Shown here piece by piece: positions 39,437 through 52,271 of a stretch of 64,000 nt of DNA (position 1 is its first letter; each line of letters begins with the position of its first letter). Both the position numbers and the translations under genes were made by a program. The notes below the pieces were generated by a model. The model searched no databases and was not told the DNA's origin. It was given only the letters and a program-made list of their open reading frames with translations. The stretch is from Sarcophilus harrisii (taxonomy: Eukaryota). The stretch spans positions 477,563,429-477,627,428 of the forward strand of contig CM109176.1 in NCBI GenBank assembly GCA_048593225.1. Direction: 5' to 3'.

Positions 39437-42400
39437 CTGGAGAGAGAATAAAAAGGAAAATTATAATATAAACCTAACAAATAAGACCCTTATATTTCTT
39501 TATATTGTTACTGGCTTCTGTCATTTTCAGAAATAAACTGCCCATTTCCCAAAGCCTCTTTAAAGTTTGAACAGTGAATATTCAGGCATAGATAAAAACT
39601 ATGGAAATGATAATGATGACAGCAGCTAACACATAACATTCATTTTAAGGGAGGTAGGTGGGCACTATGTGAGTGCAGCTTTCCTATTCCCATGCATCCT
39701 ACTTTTTCGTTTCTCGAGTATCATAGAAAGTAGCAGTTCCTTGCCTTCTCCACATAGAGGATACACATCTATTTCCATTAGTTCCATTCTCTGGATAGTT
39801 TCTGTGGAGGAGAATGGAATTCTAAGGGCTGGTTGGCTGTCTAAGTTTCGTCTTCCTGGTAAGTTTTATAAACCAAAATTTATGTTGTACTTTGTTTCAT
39901 CAAAACATGATTGTGATATCTTAGTGTGACATTGTTCTTAAAGCAGAACATAAACTCTATGGATCCTACCAAATTGGAAATATTGTGAGAATAGGACAAA
40001 ACTACATGTCACTTTAAGGACCAATCTTAACTATATTCAGAGATAGTAACTTTCAGGCTACCTGCAAGTTGATTAATTTTGGGCAGCTACTCTCAAAAGA
40101 TTGATCTGCCATCAGGAAAAAGAGCATCCCCATACAGATTACATCACGTATCCTTGAAATACTGAAATTCAATGTTTACTAAATCTGGGTTTCCAAGAGA
40201 TTTTTTCATTACACATACATAATTGTAAAATTTAATTTTAATAGTATCTTTCAAAGTTTTTCCCAATGTCACAAATTTAATAGCAAAATAATTATTTCAT
40301 GTAATTTACTGAATATGACTGTTGGGGGGGGGAGGGGGAATCACAGTGCCAAATCTTACACTAACACATTTCTGAGCAAATTTTGTTTCCTCAGGATATT
40401 TAATTGAATAGAATAACTCCACCAATCTCAAACTAAACACATAGATTTTTCACATTTTACCTCTTTATTAATATGTTAATATGGCTAGAGTACTAGACTC
40501 AAGGACAGAAAGATTTGGGTTCCAATACCACTGATTATCACAATCATAGAGGTCCTTTCTCCTCTTTGAACTCCATTTATATTCTTCCCTAAATGAAGAT
40601 GAGAGGATCAGCAGCACCTCTTCAATAATCAAAAATCAATAGCTGGATGGCCCATAATACCTGGCTGGATTCTCTGTGAGGAACTTGGGAGACAACGGGG
40701 ACAAAAAGCAAACAAGGCTAGTGGGGACTAGCACTGGACGGAACTTCTGAATCAATAAAATCACATCTACTGGAGTAATCACTTCACAGTACTGTTTAAA
40801 GGTTCAAATAAGATGATGTACATAATATGTGCTTTATGCACATGGGGCAAAAGTAATTTGTGAGACCAAAGTGGTATCTAAAATATGACTACCTTTTTTC
40901 TATATGTAGTTGAGAGAGTAAGTTAAAGATATTAAAGAACTAGAAAATAAGTGTTAAGGGAACAGAAGTTGGAGTGCGTAAGACTAAGATAGATATTAAA
41001 CATATGAGAGAAGAGACTAACTTGGGAGCTCCACAGATGATGACATCAAGGATCTGGACAGAAGAGTGAACATTATCACCCAGTAATTCCCCTTCTCCTC
41101 AAATTTATAGTCACTAGTTAAAGTTACCTTTTTCCTTTCTACCATTATGGTATCACATGCTGCCTTGAAACATATTTGATTTTACTATGGAAATGGACTG
41201 CTAAGAGAAATTGTAAGGCTTTACCTAGTGAACTTTATACTTGAGAGATTTCTGAATTAGTTTAATTTTAATCCTACTTATCAAGTGGTATGGATTATAC
41301 TTTGGAAGTCTAGAATACATTCTGGTAAACATATATTCCTCCTAATCACAATCGAGTCATATTTGAAGCATTTCCAATTTGAAAGATCCCAGTAAGACTA
41401 TAACCCATTAGCAAAGTTTTCAGGATCATGGATGTTTGCTACCATCTTAAAAGGCATTTGAATAGGACTTTATTGTAGCAGCTTAGTAATGGCCTATAAA
41501 TATCTGATTACTGAGGATCAGCCCAGCAAAGTTCAGAAACTTATCACTAAGTTGGTGTCAGGGTGATTTTTTTTTTTCTTTTTTTGGGTGTGAGAGAGGT
41601 TGCAAAAATAATTTTTGGAAGACTAGTAAGTAAATTGTCAAGAAGATGCAATAAAATTTGTAAAGGCAGCACCCTTGTCAAAGAAATCACAGATCTTTGA
41701 AGTACTGAAGACTTAAAGATTTCTTTTAATAAAGCCTATCATTTTATATGCTAAGCCACTGACAGTTTTGATTTAATTTAATTTTCTATTACCATGTTCT
41801 AGGATTCTAGGACCTTAGTGATAAACACAAGCAAGTTGAAATAATGAAAGTAAATAAAATGAGATCCAACCCAATTATGATCTTTACTTTAATAATTAAA
41901 AGTAATTTCAATTTTTAATCTTATAAATTTTATATATGTATATCATATATTACATAACATTAATTTTATGTTATATAAATTATGAACACAATTTATTTGA
42001 TATTATACATTTATAAATTAAATACACTATAATATTTAATTAATGAAATAAAAATATGATGCCATTGATTTGCTTTGAACCCAGATGCACCTTTTTTTCC
42101 TCCCTCTTAAAAGTGTTTTCTGATAATTTGTATGAATAATAGTAAGAGATACTACTTTCACATTTACTACCTATGGTTCTTCATAGTAGCAAAAATTAAG
42201 CTCAATGAAAAAAGAACCACAATACCTCCGTAAGCCCCCAAAATGAATTCAAATATGTGCAAGTGCTTTGTAAATCTTTAAGTGTTGTGGCAATATTAAA
42301 TTTATAAACACATGACTATAACAAAATATACAAATAAAACTACTAAAATGTAGCTGAACTGAAGATTAAATGCAATTCCTGGAGATGATAAAATATAATT

Positions 42401-42764
42401 TCTTTCTCCCTGTTAAGAGAGCTGAGGGACAGTAGGTTCAGAATACTGTGACTCAACTAGCTTTAACTGTCTTTTTTTTTTTAAAGTGTGTTCTATAAGA
42501 ATGGGTTAAAAAATTAAACTTATCAATAATTTGCCATCTTCAATGAATATGGAAATACACACTATTTCTTGTATTAAGGAAAACAGATGTTCAAAAACAG
42601 TAAAAAAATTCCTGATTTAATGAAATTGTTTTTATATATTTTTCCCCACTTTCTCAAAACATTAAGCCAAAGCCCCTCCCCAACATTTAAAAAAGTCAAA
42701 GTTTCATTAAGAATAAAAATATAACAACATTTCTCTGTATTTGAAGGAATCACAAAAATAATAC

Positions 42765-42924
42765 CTGATCTAAAATCTGTCAGGGAAGGAAGAGAATCAA
42801 CATTCTGATTACAACTCTGTAGTACTTCATCTAGGCTCTTTGGTTCAGACTCCCAGCTGACTCCAGTATCAGTTGTGTCATTTTGATGATTGAAATTTTC
42901 TATCAGATCAAGGCAGATATATAC
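42765..42924 (-). CDS. RNF17: RNF17 coding exon (Tudor linker); [53 protein letters not shown](E)
   Basis: Acceptor cattttttggcctag|GTA and donor GATCAG|GTATTA. Single open frame. Joining to the upstream exon gives ...[13 protein letters not shown], the canonical SPNE-FYvQL arrangement. The phase-1 exit is completed by the AA that begins the next exon. Confidence 0.75.
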
Positions 42925-43834
42925 CTAGGCCAAAAAATGTTAATCAGACCTATGCACATATTTCTGAAGTAGTTCACTAGAGTCTTCTTCCCAAGTTGAA
43001 ACTGACAATAACTACTCTTTGGACAATCAATTTAATCAGTTTTGAATCTAAATAAGTTATTTTTCTGGCTTACTTTCCCCTAAGAATAGCAGAGAGATAA
43101 TCAAGGAGATTGTCAAATACTTTGTTAAAATAAAGGTAAACTATATTTATAGGACTCCTTTGAATTAATCATTGAGCATCCATCCATAAAGAAAAAAACA
43201 AAGTGAGGGAGGGAATACATTTAGATGCAGCTTTAAGGACAGGGAACTGAATTCTAAAGACTTCTAAACCTTAACTTTCTCCTCCAATTCAGGTCCAAAT
43301 TCATTGTTTGTTTACTGTGCCTGGCCAAGATCTATACATGGTTGACAATTCCTTCAACCAAATCAGTACTGTAATTAGGATAACAAGTGCTCTTCAACAC
43401 TAGGTTTTCTCTGAGAAGACCATTTTGACTTCCTCTAGTCTGTGTAGTGTTCCAGGGCTGATGCAATCAGTATGTCATCTACAAAAAGGAGATTCAGAAG
43501 CTTCATCATTCAGAAGGAACTGCTATTGGAACTGTGCTGGGATCTGTTCCACAACAGCGGAGACCACCTTGGGCAAGAATACCCTCATTTTAGGCTGTTT
43601 GATATTAATCAAAGGATTATCCACTTCAGAGCCTGATGGGATCTTGGGGGTCATCACATCCTAACCCCTCATTTCATAGGTATGGAAGCTGAAGTCTAAA
43701 GAGGTTATATGACTTGTTCAGGAGACACACAGTACCTAAGAAAAAAACTCACTGATAGAGACACTCCCCTTCCCTCCCCACTCCTGGGCCAGCCCCTATG
43801 CTCAAAACTGTCTTTTAAAAAAGAGGGCTCTGCT

Positions 43835-43990
43835 CTCATGGGAGGCAGCCAAGACTGAGGTTAGCAGGCTGAGAGTGGAGGAGGAGCCAGGCCTTCTCAG
43901 GATAGGTGGCTTTGATTCAGAGGCAGGATTTGAATTCAAATCCTTGTGTAAGTCTGGTGCTCTATTAACTCTCACCCTAGCTAGAGTTGC
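43835..43990 (-). mobile_element. Marsupial tRNA-derived SINE, reverse orientation
   Basis: ...ggatttgaattcaaatccttgtgtaagtctggtgctctattaactctcaccctagctag is the reverse complement of the SINE tRNA-like head. Confidence 0.7.
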
Positions 43991-44039
43991 GCAAGTTTTT
44001 TTTTTTCCTCTTTTTACATTGTTCACAGAATTTTAACAT

Positions 44040-44650
44040 GTGCATGAGAAATTAAGACATCTCTGAGGTACCACTACACAGCTGTCAGATTGGCTAAGAT
44101 GACAGAAAAAGAAAATGACAAATGTTGGAGGGAACATGGAAAAACCAGGACACTGATACATTGTTGGCGAAGTTGTTAACTGATCCAAACATTCTGTAGA
44201 GCAATTTGGAACTTATGCCCAAAGGGCCTCAAACTGTGTGAAATCTTTAACCCAGTAATACTTTGATTAGGTTTGTATCCCAAAAAGATTAAATGAAAAA
44301 AGGAAAAAAGACTTGCACAAAAATATTTATGACAGCTCTTTTTATGGTGGCAAAAATGGAAATTGAGGGGATGCCCATCAATTAGGGAATGACCAAACAA
44401 ACTGTGATGGAACACTATGCTACAACAAATGGCCAGCAGATTCATTCCGAAAAATCCGGAAAGACTTCTGTGAACTCAAACAAGTTTAATGATCAGAACC
44501 AGAAAACACTGCACACAATACAGTATATAATACTGTATGATGAATGACTTAACCTATTCTCAGCATGATGATCAACTATTCTCAGAATACATTGTCAAAT
44601 AATTCCAAAGGACTTGGTGAAAGTGCTATCCATCTTCAGACAAAACTGAA
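44040..44650 (+). mobile_element. L1 LINE fragment (ORF2 C-terminal region), sense orientation
   Basis: ggatgcccatcaattagggaatgaccaaacaaactgtgatggaacactatgctacaacaaatgg... is the conserved L1 ORF2 C-terminal block. The ORF-track entry 44176-44445(-) is a spurious antisense frame. Confidence 0.7.
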
Positions 44651-45560
44651 CTTTTACAAAAACTTTATTGGCTTTTTTTTGGGGGTGTGTGTGTGGAGAG
44701 TTTAACCTGTATTTTCTTTCACACGACCAATATGGAAATAGGTTTTGCATGACTACACATATGTAACATAAATCGTTTGTCTTCTTAATGAGAGGTGAGG
44801 GAAAGGAAGGAGAGAATTTGAAACTCAAGTTAAGAAAACTAATATTAAAAATTGTTCATACATGTAATTGGAAAAAATGATTTGAAATGGAAAAAATAAA
44901 CATGCTTGAGAGATATCTTGTTGGAAGAGAGCTTTTTTTTTTTAGCAAAAAAAAATTTTGTAATTTCGTATTTTCTTCATTTTTCAAAAATATGCTAAAA
45001 TAAAGATTCAATCTACTATGGAATACTATTTATGAAAGCTTGAATGTTTTTTTTTTAATAACTTCATCAAGGATGACCTTAAAGTATGTATAGATTATTG
45101 TTGTTCAGTTGGGTCTGACCATCAGGGTTTTCTTGGCAAAGGGACAAGAATGGATTGCCATGTCCTTCCTTAGCCCGTTTCACACATGAGGAAAGTGAGA
45201 CAAACATGACAAGCTGATGGGCCTGGATTTACACAGCAAACTTAATATTTGATGCTAGATTTGGACTTGGGAAGATGAATATATCTTTCCAACTTCGGGT
45301 TCTGCACTTTATCTAGCAAATCATGGGTGCTAGTTATTTTCAAAAATTTTTTCTTCAGGTAAGAATTCAATCATTTACAGGTCATTAATTATTGATACTT
45401 TTAGGAATGTGTTGCTTTTTTTTTTTTTTTTTTTTTTTTTGACAACTCTGTGAGCTGTTTCTTGTTTCCTCCTCTCCACACCATGACTTTGGTGTTTCCT
45501 TCAAGTAACAAAAAAATTCCTCAAAATCTTGAGAGACAATATACATTTAGTCTAGTTCAC

Positions 45561-45647
45561 CTGCTTTTTGATCTTTGTTCTCTTTAGTGTCAGCATAAGA
45601 GGGACTATGACAGAGAGCCAGAAAATATGACGGATCCACTCACTGGC
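45561..45647 (-). CDS. Possible alternative or cryptic cassette exon in the RNF17 intron; 87-nt single open frame flanked by good splice motifs; ASEWIRHIFWLSVIVPLMLTLKRTKIKKQ; not accepted as a constitutive RNF17 exon
   Basis: On the minus strand: acceptor tctttcaccattaag|GCC and donor AAAAAGCAG|GTGAAC, phase 0 at both ends. The peptide does not fit the Tudor architecture, and skipping it gives the canonical SPNE|VYICL junction. Confidence 0.2.
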
Positions 45648-45947
45648 CTTAATGGTGAAAGAGTATATTATAAAATATTCAAAGACCTTTTTTTCATCTA
45701 ACTTTGTTTTTCCTTTAATACCTCGGGTATTATTTGCTTCACCCCCAGGACCTTCACCCCCCAAAACTGTTTTTTCCTTTCATGGCTTCTTATTGGCTCA
45801 TAAGGTGACAATGCTTACAATCTTTCACTATCCTTCTCCATTAGACTGTTCAAATAAATTTATATTCTAAACTGGTGATGCTCTTGGTTATCTATTACTA
45901 TAGTGATTAAAATTCTCACTTGCCCATTCTACTTTTAAATTGAATAC

Positions 45948-46064
45948 CTCATTAGGTGAAACAACATGCTTCACTTGGACAGGATAAAGTTCTCCTGGTG
46001 GAGGGAGAGATGGTGATAAATATGGTGGTAAAACAGGAGTCTCTGTATCAGACCGAAGCAATTC
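45948..46064 (-). CDS. RNF17: RNF17 coding exon (SN-like N-terminal strand of the last extended Tudor domain); [39 protein letters not shown]
   Basis: Acceptor tcttatgttctag|GAA and donor AATGAG|GTATTC. Only frame 1 is open. Ends in the conserved V.VKHV.SPNE motif that precedes F/VY.QL in extended Tudor domains. Confidence 0.85.
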
Positions 46065-46254
46065 CTAGAACATAAGATAAATTCAAGTTTCATTATGATC
46101 ATTAATCCAAAGTTCAAGGGGAAATTATTCATTATAACAATTCCAAATTAGCAAAACTCTTTCTAGAATTTAGTAATGGTCATACAGCTATATTTCTGAT
46201 TATTTTCTAAATATGGGATTCCTCCCATTTATTTTCATCCAGACTACAAGTTAA

Positions 46255-46400
46255 GGCACAGTGGACAGAGTACTGGACCTGGAAGATTCAGCTTCCTGAG
46301 TTCAAATATGACCTTAGACACTTACTAGGTATGTGACCCTGGGCAAGTTACTTATCCCTGTTTGCCTCAGTTTCTTCATCTGTAAAATAAGATGGAGAAG
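46255..46400 (+). mobile_element. MIR-type SINE
   Basis: …ttcaaatatgaccttagacacttactaggtatgtgaccctgggcaagttacttatccctgtttgcctcagtttcttcatctgtaaaataag…. Confidence 0.75.
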
Positions 46401-46932
46401 GAAACAGCAAACCCCTCCACTATCTTTGCCAAGAAAATGCCATAGAGGGGCACAAATAGTCAGACACAACTGAACAAGAAGAATAGAGTACAAGTTCAGC
46501 CAGAGAGAGGAAATCTGGCTTTTTTGTGCTTGAATGAAAATATGAAGTAAAATGAAATAATGCATAGAATAGGAGATAATATAAGGAAATGAGATACCTA
46601 TAAAGCCATTTTAAAGTGCTATATAAATGATAGTTGCTAATACTTGTGATTTTTTTCCCCTTTCTTCTCTTTTCTATGTTTATAACTTCTCACACAATAT
46701 ATTATAGCAAGGCTAGAACAAAACTATCTAGAGTAGGGATAGAATATCCATCTAGAAAAATATCCCAGAATTGATATCCTGAGTCCCAAAAGAGCCAACA
46801 AAATGACTATAACTTACTACTCTAAGGGGTCCTGATAGTGAGGTTATCACTTCTAGAAGGTTATAGTATGTCAAACATTTAGTAAGAAATGGAAATGACA
46901 ACTATAAAAAAATGATATGGGTTGAAATTTAC

Positions 46933-46989
46933 CTTAAAATTTATTTCCCAATTTTCTTCTTCATATTTTTCACTGTGATCCTTTGGCTT
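46933..46989 (-). CDS. RNF17: RNF17 short coding exon; KPKDHSEKYEEENWEINFK
   Basis: Acceptor tattttgattgcag|AAG and donor TTTAAG|GTAAAT. Only one open frame. Parallels human KPRSDHDKKYEEEQWEIRFE. Phase 0 at both ends, compatible with its neighbours. Confidence 0.7.
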
Positions 46990-47664
46990 CTGCAATCAAA
47001 ATACAGTTAATATGACATCTTTTTATTTCACTTTTCTTTTACCTTAAAATTATACATAATTTAGTTAGCTTCCATTTAATTATTTTAGAGCACAGAGCAA
47101 AGCCATTAATTTTCAGAGAGATCCTAAATAATGCTCTTTTATCCATAAGAAATCTTTAATGTTTTCAAATGTTAAATTCATTTTAGAAGCGACTTCAAAT
47201 TCTTATAAGATAGTGAGCCTTACATCATCTGAAAAAAGTAACATGGTAATTTGGCATTTTCATTCCTATTTGTAGTATTTAGTATAGAGCAAATACAGAG
47301 CAAGTAATATAGCAATTTAAGATACAAATCTGTATTGAATTTTATCGTTTGGAATCCAAAATGCCAATGAAATAAATTTCAAGCTTTCCCTTCTTTTCTC
47401 CCAAGTGTTATATAGATATATATTAAAATGTTATAGAAGAAAAACAGCAGAACAAACCACTGAGTACTGGGTGTGAAATAAAAATATGAAGAATTTCCTT
47501 CTGAGGAGTAGTAGCTGCTGGTTCTCTATGGCACAGTAACTCAGAGGTAAAGTCAGATGGGAAAACACAAGGGGTCAAAGAAAGATGATACAGGGAGCAG
47601 ATAAATTCCTGCTAAGAAAAGAGGCCCCTATTTTTTGACTTGCTAACAACCAAGAATGTATTAC

Positions 47665-47743
47665 CTTCTTAGGGCATGATATATTTGAAATGCGAGAGAT
47701 GCTTTCAAAATCTAATTTCTTGTGATTTTGGGCACAAATAATA
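47665..47743 (-). CDS. Possible cryptic exon in the RNF17 intron; 79-nt open frame (I)ICAQNHKKLDFESISRISNISCPKK between strong splice motifs; requires phase 2 entry and so cannot follow the phase-0 exit of 55626-55751
   Basis: On the minus strand: acceptor tgtatattctttctggcag|T and donor AAGAAG|GTAATA. The recalled human protein is contiguous here (…EEMLKE|KPRSDHD…), leaving no room for this segment. Confidence 0.2.
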
Positions 47744-48289
47744 CTGCCAGAAAGAATATACAAAGCATTTACAAAGATTATCAAGTCTTCAAGGAGAAAC
47801 TGAAGATCTCAAAGGTAAAAGTGGCACCTTCACACTGCTGCTCCTCGAGGTCAAGGGTTTCTGAAGGGGAAAAAACCCACAACATTCTGGATCTAAGAAC
47901 AGTTAATTAAGATGATGGAACTTCAGAATAGGATTTGGGCAATGCCTTAAAATATAGGAATGATGGGCTCCTGGCCATGGGAGGGATGCACCTAGTAAGG
48001 CTCATATTTATCCAAGATCTTACAAACCTAATAAAAGAGAGGGAGTAACATACTGCTAAGAAGAAACATATGAAGAAATTATAAGGGAGAACAGGGAAGG
48101 TTAGACAGCATTTGGATCAAGATTGATGGATCCCTTCCTTGTTGTGGGGTGCAGAGGCTAGCACAGCTGAATGAAACTATGAGCTATGTTATACAATGTA
48201 ACACAAGATGGGCAGGTCATACTGTAGAGTTCTGACAAGAAGTGATTCACTGTAGAGGAAATGGCAAACCATTCAAGTATCTGGAAAGA

Positions 48290-50207
48290 AAACTGTATAG
48301 GCTAAAATGATAACAAAAGATGACATCAGAAAGAGAGTTCCTCAAGTTGGAAGGTTCCAATTCCAGGTTCTTCCTGGGGAAGAGCAGAGTCAAATAGCTC
48401 CAGTACTAATGAAGTGGCTGGAACAAAGGCAAAAAAAAGTTCAGCTCTGCATGTATCTATTGATAAAAAGAAAGTCCGTTGCTCTAAAAATCAATATTGC
48501 ATAGGAATGTGGAATGCAAGATCAAGACATTCCAGGTTCTCATGCAATACTGAAATTTAGAGCACTGGATCAAGATGAAGGTAAGCTGGATATGGGCAAA
48601 TGTAAAGACTAAATATTGATATAATGGTTGTTAGGAAATGTAAAGACTAAATATTGATATCATGGTTTTTAGGTACTTAAATAGATGGGAATGGGTGAGT
48701 TAAATTCAGATGATTACCACATATACTAATGTGAGTAAAAGTCCCTTTACAAGAAATTAAATAGTCCTCATTGTTAATAAAAGGGTGAGAAAAGAAATAC
48801 TGGAGTATAAAGCTCAAAAATAACTGAATGATATCTATTTGAATCTAAGGCAAACAATTCAATATTGGGGTAAACTCTATGCTCCAACCACTGATCCTGA
48901 AGAGGCTGAAACTGATCAGTTTTATGAAGACATACAATACGATCAAGAGGGAACATCAAAAAAAGTCATTCATAATAGGAGTTTAAAATGCTAAGGTAGG
49001 AAATAAAAAGAAAATTGGAACAACAGGCAAGTTTGGCCTTTGAGTACAAAATGAAGTAGGGCAGGGACTAATGGAAATGTATCGAGAGAACTCACTGGTC
49101 ATAAATACTGTTTTTTCGGTATCCAAAAGGTGATTACATAGGAACATCACCAGATGGCCAGTATAGAAATCTGACTGATTATGTACTTTGCAGCTAAAAG
49201 TGGAGAAGCTCTATACTGTCCGTTAAAATAAAAACTTCATCATGAGCTTCTTATTGCAGAATTCAGACCTAAAATGAAGTAGGGAAAACCATTAGTCCAT
49301 AAAGATATGACTTGAAATAACAGCCCTTATGAATATGAAACAGAAGAGATAAGTAGACTTGAGGGATGAAATCTGGAAGATAAGAGTGTCTGAAAAACTA
49401 GGGACAGAGTGCAATACTACAAAGGAGGCAGCAACAAAAAACTTTCAAGAGAAAAAGAAGAGCAAAATAGCTATCTACTGATAAGACTTTACAAATAGCT
49501 GAGGAAAAACAGAAAGCAAAAAGGTAAAGGAGAAAGAGAAAAATATACCCAACAAAATAAAGAGCTCCAGAGAATAGCCAAGGGAAAAAACATTTTCTTA
49601 AATAAGCAACACAAAGAAATAGAACAAAAGAATGGGAAAGACAAAATCAATTCAAGAAGATTAGGAATATCTGGGAGTTTCATGTAAAAATGGGCATAGG
49701 GATGTTAAGGATTTAACAGAAATTTAAGAGACGAAGGAGAGGTGGCAAAAATGAACAAAAGAACTGTATAAGAAAGATCTTATCACCAATAACTAGGATG
49801 ATATAATTACTGATATAGAAACCAGATTTCTTGGAAAGTAAAGTCAAGTAGCCCTCAAGAAGCACTGCTAACAAGAAAGATGATGGAATTCCAGCTAAGC
49901 TATTTAAGACCGTAAAAGAATACGCTGTTAAAGTGCTGCACTCAATTTATCAGCAAACTTGAAAAATGAAAACAGTGGTCACTAGGTTGGAAAAGAAGCT
50001 GACACTTCCATCCCAAACAAGGGAAATGCCAAGCGATACTGAAGTTAGTGAACAACTATGCTCATTACACACTCCTGCAGGGTTATGCTTAAGATTCTGC
50101 AAGTTAGACTTTAGTGATATATGAACCAAGAACTATCAGAATAGCAGGCTGATTTTCTTTCTTTTTTTTATTATAATAACTTTATTGACAGGACCCATGC
50201 CAGGGTA

Positions 50208-50240
<33 letters not shown>

Positions 50241-51900
50241 TTTACAACATTATCCCTTGCACTCAACTTCTGTTCCGATTTTTCCCCTCTCTCCCTCCAC
50301 CCCCTCCCCCAGATGACAAGCAGTCCTATATATATTAACAATATATGTGTGCAGAACCGAACAGTTCTCTTATTGCACAGGAAGAATTGGATTCAGAAGG
50401 TAGAAATAACCCAGGAAGAAAAACAAAAATTCAAACAGTTTACATTCATTTCCCAGTGTTCTTTCTTTGGGTGTAGCTGCTTCTGTCCATCATTGATCAG
50501 TTGAAACCGAGTTAGATCTTCTTTGTTGAAGAAATCCACTTCCCTCAGAATACATCCTCATACAGTATCGTTGTTGAGGTATATAATGATCTCCTGGTTC
50601 TGCTCATTTCACTTAGCATCAGTTCATGTAAGTCTCTCCAAGCCTCTCTGTATTCATCCTGGCAGGCTGATTTTCAAAGAAGCAAAGGAACTAGAGACCC
50701 AACTATTAATGTTAAATGGATTTTGGAGAATGCAAAGGAGTACCAGAAAATTATTTCTGCTTCATTGACTATAGTGAAATCTGTGGCAAATTTTCAAAGA
50801 GATAGGAGTACCACAGCATGCATAATACACACAGACACACGTACACACACACGCGGGTGCATGCTTGCACCAAGAAACAACAGAGGGAACTGAACATGGA
50901 AAGACTGATTAGTATAAAATTGGAAAAGAAGTTCTACAAGGCTGCATATTGTCACCTTATTTATGAAACTTACAGAGTACATTATATGAAATGTCTGGAT
51001 GAATGAATCAAAAATCTGGAATTAGGGCTCCTCGAAAAACAGCCATTTATGTAAGACATGCAGTTGATATCACTCTAATGGCCAAATGTGAAGAGGAATT
51101 AAGAAACCTCTTCAGGAGGATGAAAGAAGAGAGTAGAGTGTAAAAGCTGGTTTAAAGCTTAAAAAATTAAGATTTTGGCAACTGTTCCCACCACTTCTTG
51201 GCAAATAGAGAAGAAATGAAAGCAGTGTTAGATTTCATATATTCTTGGACTCAAAAATCACTGCAGACAGCAATCACAGCCACAAAATTAGAAAATGCTC
51301 ACTCCTTGAAAGGAAAGCTATTGCAAATCTGTAAAGCATACTAAAAAGGAGAGACATCACATTGCTGACAAAAGTCTGTATACTCAAATCTATGGTTTTT
51401 CCAGTAACAAGATATGGTGATTTAGATTATAAAGAAAGCTGTGTGCTGCAGAATCAATGTTTTTGATTTGTGGTGCTAGAGAACATTTGAGAGTCTCAGA
51501 CAGCAAGGCGGTCAAAGCATTCAATATTTAAAGGAATTAATTCAGGGTATTCACTAGAAAGCCAAATTCTGAAGCTGAAGCTTAAATACTTTGGCCACAT
51601 AATAAAAAGACCCTAATGTTAGAAAAAATAGAAAAGGAAATTATGAACATGAACTTTAAGAGTTGCAGGAGAGAGAAGGCCTGTCCATAGAGTCACAAAG
51701 AACTGGCAACAATTGAATGGCTGAACAACAACAACAAAAAGACTGATGGAGGCAGAAAGGTAGGTGATATTGTCACTGGACTATACCATAAACCATCTGA
51801 TCAGAAAAAGAGGAGAAATTAATTTGTGAAGTCACAGAGTCTGGTTTAGAGGCCAGATATCAATGACTGGGATTCATTTGACTTGTCAACTACCACTAAT
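48290..51900 (+). mobile_element. RTE/BovB-family LINE, near full length (~3.1 kb of element) but degenerate; interrupted at 50158-50661 by a nested L1
   Basis: Long collinear similarity to the bovine BovB consensus as recalled, for example …caagatgaag… / ggcaagtttggcctttgagtacaaaatgaagtagggcagggactaatggaa, ctgcatattgtcaccttatttatgaaacttacagagtacattatatgaaa, ctggtttaaagcttaaaaaattaagattttggcaactg, and ggtttttccagtaacaagatatggtg. Frames are broken by stops and an internal (CA)n-associated deletion near 50820-50860. Confidence 0.8.
50158..50661 (-). mobile_element. L1 3'-end fragment (antisense; poly-T and (ATT)n at its 3' side) nested inside the RTE/BovB element, flanked by a 14-bp TSD
   Basis: Target-site duplication GCAGGCTGATTTTC at 50144-50157 and 50662-50675. 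The internal sequence …ctcctggttctgctcatttcacttagcatcagttcatgtaagtctctcc… matches the L1 3' region. Confidence 0.8.
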
Positions 51901-52271
51901 GAAGCCTCTTCTATCCCCTATGGCCAGCAAACTCTTAACTCCCCTATTCCAGCTGCATGTTACTTCATATTACAGCCTCAATTTTGCCATTACCTACAAG
52001 CATTTCACATTCATGATCAATAACTCTGAAATTCTTTATTCAATCATAATTTTTCCTATGCCTGTTCTCTAGCCCCAACAGATTTTTGTTCTTTTCATGG
52101 CTTAGAATTCCTCTAGCTCTGGGTACTTTGTCATAGCTCTGAGGTACCCCCACCTCCTTCCCAAATTTTAACCACTTAAAGTTGTTCACTCTAGTTCACC
52201 TCAACAATTTTGCTACCTTATACTAAGGCCACACATCTTTTGGTGAACCCTAACTCTCCTTTTCAAATGTT

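Noticed and set aside
40600-41060. Unique-looking block (…agctggatggcccataatacctggctggattctctgtgaggaacttgggagacaacgggg…) that could be an exon or an unknown repeat
   Set aside because: No open frame with compatible RNF17 phases or splice motifs on the minus strand. It may be an unclassified ancient repeat. I cannot decide without a repeat-library search.
47780-47900. Minus-strand candidate exon after a strong acceptor gggttttttccccttcag|AAACCCTTGACCTCGAGGAGCAGCAGTGTGAAG, plus a + strand donor-like CTCAAAG|GTAAAAG
   Set aside because: No open frame ends in the phase (2) required for the next accepted RNF17 exon. The only in-phase donors give phase 0 or 1. I treated it as a chance splice-like motif.
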